From: an uncultured Christensenella sp.
GTDB taxonomy: Bacteria > Bacillota > Clostridia > Christensenellales > UBA3700
NCBI GenBank assembly: GCA_949284695.1
Contig: CASDWJ010000019.1
Coordinates: 279 to 64,278, forward strand
DNA length: 64,000 nt
Direction of reading: 5' to 3'
Positions 20,576 to 29,073 of the stretch are shown here, piece after piece (positions within the stretch are counted from its first letter, which is position 1; each line of letters opens with the position of its first letter). Both the position numbers and the translations under genes were made by a program. The notes below the pieces were generated by a model, which saw nothing but the letters and a program-made list of their open reading frames with translations, was not told the DNA's origin and did not search any database.

Positions 20576-23293
20576 TCAATCTATCGTGACGATCACGAGC
20601 CCTCTGTAAGAGCCGTTGCTGAACACGATGAGTACCGTGCCTTCGGTGTTCTGATTGCCGCACACGAGACTGCCGGTAGCGCTCTCGTTGCCCGCGGTGA
20701 TCGTCTTGAGTTCTCCGTTGCCGTCGACGTACTGAACGGTCGCGGTTATCTTTGCGCCCGCTCCTATGGTAAGCGACGTCGTGACGTTGTATATCGTGTT
20801 TTTGAGGACGACGTTGCCGACGGGATTGTCACCGCCAATAACTGCGAACTGATCGCCCAGTTTTTCGGCAAGACCCGCACCGAAATCGGAAACGTATTCT
20901 GCGACTTCCTTGTCCTTTCTGTTCGCGTCGTCGCCGAGTTCTGCGTCATAATAATATACGTTGTCCAACGTGCCCTCGGCATTGCCGGAGAAGCCGCCGA
21001 CGTTGTTCGTATTGGCGACCACGCCGCCTATGCTGTAAGAATCGCTGACAGAAGAACCCGCCGCATTGTAGCCGACAAAACCGCCGACATAGTTGGAAGA
21101 ACTTGCGTTGACGTTGGCGTAGCTCGTGGAAATCGTGCCCGCATTGTAGCCGACGAAGCCGCCGACCGCGTTGTTTTCGTTCCTGCCGGACGAGCTGACT
21201 TTATTGAGTTTGGAGAGATCTCTGCTGTAATTCGCACCGGCATAGCTTCCCGTGATCGTGCCCTCGTTGAGCGCGACGAAGCCACCCGCGTAGTTGGGCG
21301 AATCAAGTCTTATCTCGCTGACCGCAGATACGTTGCCGACACTGCTCGAGTAAAGCACCGTGCCCTTGTTGACCGCTACCAGACCGCCCGCATAAGACGT
21401 GGTGACCGCGGTCTCGCCTTCCTCGGGAGTTTCGACGACCGCATTGACCGTACCGCTTGCATTGCAATAGGACAGGATTGCGTCGGTATTGTTTATGCCG
21501 GCAATGCCGCCCGCTGTCGCCGCGGTAACGTCCGCAACGCTCTGAGAAGTCGTCAGCGTGCCGTTGTTCTGTCCGACGATCGCGCCCGACGTAGCGTATT
21601 TTGCATTTACACTGCCGGTAACAACACTGTCGGATACCGTGCCGTTGTTTATGCCAGCGATGATGCCCGCGAACTGCGCCGTATCGCTGTTGACTGTCGC
21701 GTTCACGAGTCTCAAGTTGGACACTCTCGCGCCCAAAGCTATTTCGCCGAACATGCCGACGTTTGCCCCGTCGCCTATGATCGCAACGTTGGAAATGACG
21801 AACTCCGCGCCGTCGTAAGTGCCGCTGAAGTTGTCGACGCAAAGCCACTCATAACCGCCGAAATCGATATTCGCGCCCTGCTTGTAGTTCGCATCCGGCT
21901 CCTTGGCGATATACGCAAGTTCCGCCGCAGAAGTGATCAGATAAGCGCCGCTTGTCTCGTCTATGCCCGGTTTCTTATAGCTGAGATACTGTTCCTCTGC
22001 TTTGACAGAAGTGCCCGCCATAACGCCGTTGCCGTTGCGCGTCGCGCTGAGCTCTGCGGTATAGCGCTTGCCGTAATAAGCGATATTGAGAAGGAGGTCG
22101 GTCGTGCCGTCCTCGCCCGTTTCGTAGAACTGGTTATCCACGACGTAGGAATATTCGGTATACCCCGTGCCCTCGACGATCGTGAGTTTTGCCTTGTCGC
22201 TTTCGCTCTCAAGGTTGAAGGTCACTCTCTTTGCCGAAAGCACCGCGTCGCCTGACGAATCGTAAGGAGTGAGAACGAGTGTGAAAGAATTGATGAGCCC
22301 GATCTGCTCCTCGGTGTATTCTCCCTGCTCTATTCTCCACACCGCGCTTGTCGTGCCGTCCGCATTCTCTACGAGCTTCAGGCAATCCTCTGCAAGCTGG
22401 GGCAGTTTGTATATTTTGAAATTCTCGTTGACGTCGCTCATCGCGCTGTCCTTGTATACCTCGCCGTCGCCGACCGTCTTGATGTGAACGGTGTAAGTGC
22501 CGGGCGTGACGATGTTGAAATTGGTCAGAAGCACGCTTACGCTCGTGCTCGAAGTAGCGTTGACGGTCGTGCTGTAGATCTCGTCGGGGTTGGCGGTATT
22601 CCTCGCCTCGAGATAATAAGAAGTCGCGTTGGCAACCGAGTTCCAGTACACTCTGGTGCTCGTAACGCTGTTGAGGACGGGAGTCGAAAGCTGTGCGTCA
22701 TTGGTGAAAGTACATGCCTCGCTGTATGCGCTGTCCTTATAAACAGAGCCTTCGGAAGCGAGCGCCTTGACTTGTATCACGAATTTGCCGGGATCGGAAT
22801 ATTCCTCTTTCTCGAGTTTGTAGGACGTGCCGCTGACCTCCGACATTTCGATGACTGCGTCGTCAAGGGAGAGGCTCTCGTCGCCGTTGATGACTCTGAC
22901 GAGATAGCCGGAGGCGCCTTCTACGGCGTTCCAGCTGACGGTCTTGTTCTCAAGCGTAAACGTCGCTACGGGTTTTTCGAGCATTTTGTCGACAATATAG
23001 ACGTAGACGTCGCTGTAGTCGCTGTAAACGTTGCCTATTTTGGCTCTGACGCGGATCTCGTACGTGCCGGTCTCCTCGACCTCTATAAAGTACGTAGTGT
23101 TCTTAGTCTCGAAAGTACCGAGGTTTTTGACCTCGATCTCATAACTTTCCGCGCCTTCGACAGCCTGCCAGCTGAGGACGTTTCCGCTCATCGCCAGATC
23201 CGACGGTGCGGGAAACTCCGAACACGCGACGAATGCGAGCGCGAAACAGACAACAAGCAGTATGATCGTAGTGATTGCAATTTTGTTTTTCAT
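20576..23293 (-). CDS. surface lipoprotein with FN3-like repeats and GLUG/beta-helix repeats
   Basis: Lipobox FVAC; three W-x-A/S-V-x-G/N-A-x-x-Y FN3-like units; YLITSAAEL..FSGTYDG..I.N followed by many GGxxGxN (GLUG-type) repeats. Confidence 0.75.
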   Translation of the reverse strand: MKNKIAITTIILLVVCFALAFVACSEFPAPSDLAMSGNVLSWQAVEGAESYEIEVKNLGTFETKNTTYFIEVEETGTYEIRVRAKIGNVYSDYSDVYVYIVDKMLEKPVATFTLENKTVSWNAVEGASGYLVRVINGDESLSLDDAVIEMSEVSGTSYKLEKEEYSDPGKFVIQVKALASEGSVYKDSAYSEACTFTNDAQLSTPVLNSVTSTRVYWNSVANATSYYLEARNTANPDEIYSTTVNATSSTSVSVLLTNFNIVTPGTYTVHIKTVGDGEVYKDSAMSDVNENFKIYKLPQLAEDCLKLVENADGTTSAVWRIEQGEYTEEQIGLINSFTLVLTPYDSSGDAVLSAKRVTFNLESESDKAKLTIVEGTGYTEYSYVVDNQFYETGEDGTTDLLLNIAYYGKRYTAELSATRNGNGVMAGTSVKAEEQYLSYKKPGIDETSGAYLITSAAELAYIAKEPDANYKQGANIDFGGYEWLCVDNFSGTYDGAEFVISNVAIIGDGANVGMFGEIALGARVSNLRLVNATVNSDTAQFAGIIAGINNGTVSDSVVTGSVNAKYATSGAIVGQNNGTLTTSQSVADVTAATAGGIAGINNTDAILSYCNASGTVNAVVETPEEGETAVTTSYAGGLVAVNKGTVLYSSSVGNVSAVSEIRLDSPNYAGGFVALNEGTITGSYAGANYSRDLSKLNKVSSSGRNENNAVGGFVGYNAGTISTSYANVNASSSNYVGGFVGYNAAGSSVSDSYSIGGVVANTNNVGGFSGNAEGTLDNVYYYDAELGDDANRKDKEVAEYVSDFGAGLAEKLGDQFAVIGGDNPVGNVVLKNTIYNVTTSLTIGAGAKITATVQYVDGNGELKTITAGNESATGSLVCGNQNTEGTVLIVFSNGSYRGLVIVTID

Positions 23294-23550
23294 AGATACT
23301 TACCTTTAGTCCGCAAATTTGTCAAACTATGTATTTCTATCATATCAAAATCGGACATAAAATACAAGTATTATAATATTATTATTTTATACGACGGCAA
23401 TAATATCCGTATGATACGGTCTTTTCTTTTCACGATTTCTACGATACACCCTTTTTTCGCAATACGTGTCCGCTGTTTTCCTTGTCAGCCGCAAAACTGC
23501 GTGCGCCGCGCGGACAAAAAAGGCGGAAAACGCAAAAAATCCGCTTAGCG

Positions 23551-23579
23551 TTGACTTATGTATATTAGTGTGGTATATT
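23551..23579 (+). promoter_or_regulatory. sigmaA promoter immediately upstream of the acyltransferase ATG
   Basis: TTGACT (23551-23556), N17, TATATT (23574-23579) with TG extension. Confidence 0.7.
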
Positions 23580-23585
23580 TGATTT

Positions 23586-24563
23586 ATGGCAGTAAGAAGA
23601 AACATTTCACAAAAAGATCTGCTCGCAGAGGACAAAAAGCCGTTGACGGACGCGTCTTGTGACGTTGCGCCCGAAACGGAAGAAAAAACCGGGCAGAGCG
23701 AGAAGAAAAAGAAAGAAAAAACTCATATCCTCCCCGTCGGAGATAAGGACGAATATCCCGAAAACGAGGACGAGCATATGATCGAGAGCAATACGTTCCT
23801 TGACGTAGTGTTCGACGAAAATTTCGAATATATCATCAGAAACCCGATCAAAAAGTTCTTCGGATGTCTGCTTTGGATGTTCGGCATGACCTTGCTCCCG
23901 ATAGTCACCTTCTTTATGTACGGCTTCAAGGTCAAAAACAAAAAGTATATCAGGCGCATAATAAAGTCGGGGTCGGGCGCTTTGACGGTCAGCAACCACG
24001 TGCATATCATGGACTGCGTTATGGCTTGTCAGGCCAACTGGCCCAAGATGAGTTATCTGCCCACTCTGCACACGACTTTCCAGCTCCCCTACGTCAGGCA
24101 TATCGTGCATCTGCTCAACGCTTTCCCGATACCCAATACGACGTCGGGCACAAAAAAGTTCATAGAAGAAATGGACGGGCTTCTCAAGCGCGGTAAATTC
24201 GTGCACTTCTTCCCCGAAGGCGCGCTGTGGCCGTGGTATGACAAGATCAGGACGTTCAAACCCGGCGCATTCCACTTTGCAGTCAAGAACAACGTGCCCG
24301 TCATACCTCTCGCGATCAAATACCGTCCGCGCAAACTGACAAAGATTTTCAGCAAACGCCCGCTGGTAAGCATAGAGGTGCTCCCGCCCGTCTATCCCAA
24401 TACGGAGCTCCCCGCCAAGAAAAGCGTTTACGATCTGACCCAGCGCGTACACGACGCGATCGCGCAATGCGTAGAGTTCAACAACGAAAAATACTTTTCG
24501 CCCAAGGTCAAGAAAAAGCGTTTCTGGCAACGCTCTACCAAATACGACACCGCACAAAATTGA
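23586..24563 (+). CDS. lysophospholipid/1-acylglycerol-3-phosphate acyltransferase (PlsC family)
   Basis: SNHVHIMD (HX4D), FFPEG, FKPGAF and VPVIP motifs. Confidence 0.9.
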   Translation: MAVRRNISQKDLLAEDKKPLTDASCDVAPETEEKTGQSEKKKKEKTHILPVGDKDEYPENEDEHMIESNTFLDVVFDENFEYIIRNPIKKFFGCLLWMFGMTLLPIVTFFMYGFKVKNKKYIRRIIKSGSGALTVSNHVHIMDCVMACQANWPKMSYLPTLHTTFQLPYVRHIVHLLNAFPIPNTTSGTKKFIEEMDGLLKRGKFVHFFPEGALWPWYDKIRTFKPGAFHFAVKNNVPVIPLAIKYRPRKLTKIFSKRPLVSIEVLPPVYPNTELPAKKSVYDLTQRVHDAIAQCVEFNNEKYFSPKVKKKRFWQRSTKYDTAQN

Positions 24564-24570
24564 TATTCAC

Positions 24571-24596
24571 CCGCCGCTTGAAGCGGCGGTTTTTTT
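24571..24596 (+). terminator. intrinsic terminator
   Basis: CCGCCGCTT-g-AAGCGGCGG followed by a T run. Confidence 0.8.
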
Positions 24597-24603
24597 ATCC
24601 TTT

Positions 24604-24970
24604 CCAATGCAGAACATATGGCGGTCTTTAAACGCGTCTTTCCGTTGATTTTCGCCGCAGTCACGGCAAAAATCATTCGGAAATGCGCACAAATTACTTT
24701 TTCTGCCGAAGAAAACTGAGGTGAACGAGCTGTACTCTAAACCGTTTTATAATTACTTGTATAAAACTGCCGTTGCCCAAGGCAGAACATATAGCGGTCT
24801 TTAAACGCGTCTTTCCGTTGATTTTCGCCGCAGTCACAGCAAAAATCATTCGGAAATGCGCACAAATTACTTTTTCTGCCGAAGAAAACTGAGGTAAACG
24901 AGCTGTACTCTAAACCGTTTTATAATTACTTGCATAAACCTGTCGTTGCCCAAGGCAGAACAGATAGCGG
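24604..24970. repeat. 173-bp tandem direct repeat (two full copies plus the start of a third)
   Basis: GCAGAAC recurs at 24609, 24782 and 24955 (period 173); the copies are near-identical. Confidence 0.92.
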
Positions 24971-24971
24971 A

Positions 24972-25328
24972 TTTTGAGTGATACATTTGCACTGATACTT
25001 CGTTGAACTCCGCGGGTAATACCGCAAGAGTATTACCCGCGAATTTCGCCTTGTCTAAGCGCAAATCTATCTGCTCAAAATTGCTTGCATCTTTAAACGC
25101 GTCTTTCCGTTGATTTTCGCCGCAGTCACGGCAAAAATCATTCGGAAATGCGCACAAATTACTTTTTCTGCCGAAGAAAACTGAGGTGAACGAAGCTGTG
25201 ACAGAGGAAGTTTTGTCACAGGCAAGACGAGCGCCGCAGGCAATACTTGCCGTATTGTCAAGGCGGTCAACACAGCCTGCGGCAAAAATGACCTGCCACA
25301 GCCCGCGAGCCTCATTTTCTTCGGCAGA
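24972..25328. repeat. REP/MITE-like foldback elements plus a third copy of the repeat core (25090-25192)
   Basis: 24972-25080 and 25167-25328 are each bounded by imperfect inverted repeats and contain related central hairpins in opposite orientation. Confidence 0.75.
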
Positions 25329-25334
25329 CCAACA

Positions 25335-25368
25335 AAAAACAGGTCGGGAATATCCCGACCTGCCTTTT
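25335..25368 (-). terminator. terminator of the GH3 gene (possibly bidirectional)
   Basis: CAGGTCGGGA-ata-TCCCGACCTG flanked by A and T runs. Confidence 0.8.
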
Positions 25369-25381
25369 AGAAGGGGGTAGG

Positions 25382-27799
25382 CTATTGTTTTTTAATAGCC
25401 TTGAGTAAAGCAAACAGACCTTTGAAGAAATGACCGTTAAGCATAATGACGACGCCGTCGACCATCTTCATATTGAACATACCCTGCGAACTGAATGCCA
25501 GCGACCTGAGCGGCGAAGTCTTCATGACCTCGTATATCATCAGATAGTTGGGATCGTACTTATCTGCATTCATCGACATGCGGATAAAGGGTTTTGCTAC
25601 TTTGAGAAGGAACCTTGCCAGACCGCTTGTGTGAGCCATATCCTCGAAGCTGTCGTCAGAGGTAAACGAGCCTTTGACGCACTCGTGCTTCACGCAGCTG
25701 ATCTTGCCGTCTTTGAACAGAGCCGCAAACTCCTCGTCTGAGACAGGCTTCTTGACGTCGGGGTTGAAGTACCACGTCCTGCCCGCCGCAGACGGCTCTG
25801 TGCCGCCCTCTACGGTCACCGTCGTCCTGCACTTGAGTTCTCTTACGTTGCCTCCGACAGCGATCTCGTAATCGCCGTTTTCGACGACCCAGTCCTTTTC
25901 ATTAACATCATAAAACGCGAATGCTCTTTTGTCAAGCATAAACTTGACCGTGACAGAACTTTTCGCTTTCACTTCGACCTTGTCGAAAGCGCGCAGCTGT
26001 ACCTTGGGCATATATACGGTTTTGCCGTCGTGCACGACATAGAGCTGCATGGTTTCCTTGCCGTCTCTGTCACCCGTATTCTCAACGGTGACCGACACTT
26101 CGAGCGTGTCTCCCGCATTGATCTTCTTCTTGTCGACGGCGATGTCCTTATACGAATAGGTCGTATAGGAAAGTCCGTAACCGAACGGGAAAAGCACGGG
26201 GGCGTCTACGCTCTCGAAATATCTGTAACCGACGTAAAGTCCCTCTCTGTACTCGACGTTGTATCTCTCGCCCGGGAAATACGCGCTTGACGGCACGTGA
26301 GACAGCTTGATCGGATAGGTCTCTGCGAGCTTGCCGCTCGGGTTGACCTTGCCGTACAGCACGTCGACGACCGCGCCTCCGCTGTTCTGACCCGCAAGTC
26401 CCGCGAGGATCACTCCCTTGACGTCGTTGATCCACGGCATCGTGACGACCGCGCCCGTCGAGAGGACGACGACGACGTTTTTATTGACCTTGGCGATCTC
26501 TGAAATCAGCGTGTTGTGCGAAGCGGGCATATCCATATCCTTGCGGTCGAAGCCCTCTGCCTCATACTCGCCGGGCAGGCCTGCGAACACTATGACTTTA
26601 TCGAAATTCTTTGCGCGCGCGACCGCCTTTTCTATCAGCTCGGAGCAGTCCTTGCGCGTCTTTTTATAATAGCCTTCCTCGAACTCGAACGCGACGCCCT
26701 CTGCGGTAAGCGCGTCGAGCGCCGAAGTGATCTTATGACAGTTAATGAAAGAACTTCCCGCGCCCTGGAATCTCGGATTGCGAGCCATGTCTCCGACGAC
26801 GAGGATCTTGTCCTTCTTGCCGAGCGGGAGCACCTTGTTCTTATTCTTGAGCAGAACGCAACACTCGGACGCAGCCTTGCGCGCAAACTCGTCGTGCTCT
26901 TTTATATCGTAAGTAGCGCCCTGTTTGCGCTTGCCGTAGAGATCGAAAACCGTGCCGAGAATTCGGTCCACCCTTTCGTCGAGCACCTTTTCGTCGAGAC
27001 TGCCGTTCTTGACGGCTTCGACGATCAGCGCGTCGTTCATACCGCCGCTCGAAGGCATTTCTACGTGCATGCCCGCCTTTACGCCGTCAACTCTGTGATT
27101 GACCGCGCCCCAGTCGCTGATGACGATGCCCTTGTATCCCCACTCTTTTTCGAGGATCTCGTCGAGAATATGTACGTTTTCGCTCGCCGACTGACCGTTG
27201 ACGAGGTTGTATGAAGCCATAACGGTCGAGGGCGCGCTCTTCTTGACGACCGTCTCGAATGCGGGCAGATATATCTCCCTCATCGTGCGCTCGTCTGCGA
27301 CCGCGTTGACCGACATGCGGTAAGTTTCCTGATTGTTGACTGCGAAATGTTTGACCGAAGTGCCTATCCCCTGCGACTGCACGCCGTCCACGAACGCCGC
27401 TCCCAGCTCTCCGCTGAGAAGAGGATCTTCTGAAAAATACTCAAAATTTCTGCCGCAAAGCGGAGAACGCTTTATATTGACGCCGGGACCGAGCACGACC
27501 TGTACGTCCTCATGCTGAGCCTCCTCGGCGATCCTTTTGCCTATCTCTCTGAGCAGATCTCTGTCCCAGGAACAAGCCGTCGAACAAGCAAGCGGAAAAC
27601 AAGTTGCGTCCACAGACACGTTCATCTTCGTACTGACGCCGGAATCCTTTTGCGTTCTCAGACCGTGAGGACCGTCGGACACCATTATCGCGGGTATACC
27701 GAGTCTTTCGATACCCTTGAAATGCCACATATCGTTCCCCGAACAAAGCGATGCTTTTTCTTCCAACGTCATCTTTGCTATCAAATCAGCGTACTTCAT
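25382..27799 (-). CDS. GH3 beta-glucosidase with C-terminal FN3-like domain
   Basis: SDGPHGLR, GPGVNIKRSPLCGRNFEYFSEDP, KHFAVN, nucleophile ISDW, EGFDR, YREGLYVGYRY, FPFGYGLSYT. Confidence 0.96.
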   Translation of the reverse strand: MKYADLIAKMTLEEKASLCSGNDMWHFKGIERLGIPAIMVSDGPHGLRTQKDSGVSTKMNVSVDATCFPLACSTACSWDRDLLREIGKRIAEEAQHEDVQVVLGPGVNIKRSPLCGRNFEYFSEDPLLSGELGAAFVDGVQSQGIGTSVKHFAVNNQETYRMSVNAVADERTMREIYLPAFETVVKKSAPSTVMASYNLVNGQSASENVHILDEILEKEWGYKGIVISDWGAVNHRVDGVKAGMHVEMPSSGGMNDALIVEAVKNGSLDEKVLDERVDRILGTVFDLYGKRKQGATYDIKEHDEFARKAASECCVLLKNKNKVLPLGKKDKILVVGDMARNPRFQGAGSSFINCHKITSALDALTAEGVAFEFEEGYYKKTRKDCSELIEKAVARAKNFDKVIVFAGLPGEYEAEGFDRKDMDMPASHNTLISEIAKVNKNVVVVLSTGAVVTMPWINDVKGVILAGLAGQNSGGAVVDVLYGKVNPSGKLAETYPIKLSHVPSSAYFPGERYNVEYREGLYVGYRYFESVDAPVLFPFGYGLSYTTYSYKDIAVDKKKINAGDTLEVSVTVENTGDRDGKETMQLYVVHDGKTVYMPKVQLRAFDKVEVKAKSSVTVKFMLDKRAFAFYDVNEKDWVVENGDYEIAVGGNVRELKCRTTVTVEGGTEPSAAGRTWYFNPDVKKPVSDEEFAALFKDGKISCVKHECVKGSFTSDDSFEDMAHTSGLARFLLKVAKPFIRMSMNADKYDPNYLMIYEVMKTSPLRSLAFSSQGMFNMKMVDGVVIMLNGHFFKGLFALLKAIKKQ

Positions 27800-27962
27800 T
27801 TCTCTCTCCCTGTCGGCATATGCCTTGCGCCTTAAGGCGCTCTTATCCCAACTTCCCGTAAAAAATTTTTGCTTTTCGAAGAATAACTGACATATGTTGT
27901 CGTATTATATCTCCTATTATGAAGATACAAAGGACGTCGGGTCCACAAAGGAGGACAAACAT

Positions 27963-28214
27963 ATGTCATTTATAACTTACGACCTCACAGAGGAAAAAAA
28001 CGTTTTTGCAGGCAACGCGGCGCGTCGCGGCGGCATGAGCAATGCCGACAAGATCTTTGCCCGTTCTGTCGTAAAAAGGCAGCTGCTCGTTGTCAAAGAC
28101 CTTATGGCTCTTGACAAGACTTATCCGGGCATGATCGACAAAGACGTCGTCGGCGGGCTTTACGCGTTGTACACTTTATTGGAGGACAACGTGCAGTCGG
28201 TCACGTCACACTGA
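27963..28214 (+). CDS. hypothetical protein (83 aa)
   Basis: Strong SD AAGGAGG before ATG 27963; host-like codon usage; no recognised motif. Confidence 0.65.
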   Translation: MSFITYDLTEEKNVFAGNAARRGGMSNADKIFARSVVKRQLLVVKDLMALDKTYPGMIDKDVVGGLYALYTLLEDNVQSVTSH

Positions 28215-28409
28215 GACGTGGCCGAGGAGTTCGTCCGTAGAAACCCCCAGAAAAGCGGCGATTTTGCACAAGCAGACGAGCGAAGGTTCGCTCTCCCCCT
28301 TTTCGTAATGAGATATCGTGCGTTGAGAGACACCTATCTCCTTTGCGATTCTCTGTTGCGAAATATTTCTGACCTTGCGCAACCTTTTCAGATTTTTTCC
28401 GAATTCCAT
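28206..28409 (-). CDS. XRE-family HTH protein (67 aa)
   Basis: FGKNLKRLRK..ISQQRIAKEIGVSQRTISHYEKGESEPS..L.KIA.FLGVSTDELLG. Confidence 0.9.
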   Translation of the reverse strand: MEFGKNLKRLRKVRNISQQRIAKEIGVSQRTISHYEKGESEPSLVCLCKIAAFLGVSTDELLGHVSV

Positions 28410-29017
28410 AACCTTTTACTCTGCACAGCGTGCACCCTTCCTAAATGTAATACGTATTTTAATACAACAAATTCGTACCTTTTTCATTATAGCACACATA
28501 TTTTGACTATTTCAATGTTATTCGTTAATTTTTTTACAAATTTTAATCCTATTTTATACATATTGCGCACCGATAACGTTACCTTTTGATAAAAAAAACC
28601 GTGAATAACCCGCTAACACGTTCGTTTTCCCGTTTGATAACGCTAATCGCAGTTTGTTCCGCAGTCTGCATTAAACGCATTTTGCCGAAAATCGGCTGAT
28701 TCTTCCCGTTTTTTCCATATCCGCAAAACAGGTCGACACACTCAAAAAAAACGTGGCAAGCAGGAGTCCCCGTCGCATTTTACGCGCCGTAAAACCTTTT
28801 TGCGCCGTGCCGTCATACGGGCAGCTTAAACCGTGTTTTGCCTTTTTTAGCGGTAAGAGCGGTTTTTTTACAGCGCGCCGACCCGATTTTAAGAGTATTC
28901 GGAGCAAAAGCGGCGTTATTTCAACCCGGATTTATCAAAATCGGGATTTTTTGTCGGTCTTACCCTTTTTGCGAACTACAAGTGCATATTTATACCGTTT
29001 ATCCACGCTTATTATGC

Positions 29018-29049
29018 AAAAAAATACGGACGGCAATGCCGTCCGTTTC
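29018..29049 (-). terminator. intrinsic terminator after rho
   Basis: ACGGACGGCA-a-TGCCGTCCGT with a 7-A run on the plus-strand 5' side. Confidence 0.8.
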
Positions 29050-29073
29050 AAAATCTCTGTCACAGGAAGGTCG

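Noticed and set aside
24604-25192. Possible CRISPR array
   Set aside because: Units are 173 bp and near-identical throughout, with no unique spacers and no cas genes; kept as a tandem/foldback repeat.
24428-25380. Short ORFs in the repeat block (MIFAVTAAKINGK... and others)
   Set aside because: Translations of the repeats; no SD, differing frames, no protein-like features.
28999-29007. DnaA box (TTATCCACG) suggesting an origin
   Set aside because: Single imperfect box, with no cluster and no dnaA context.
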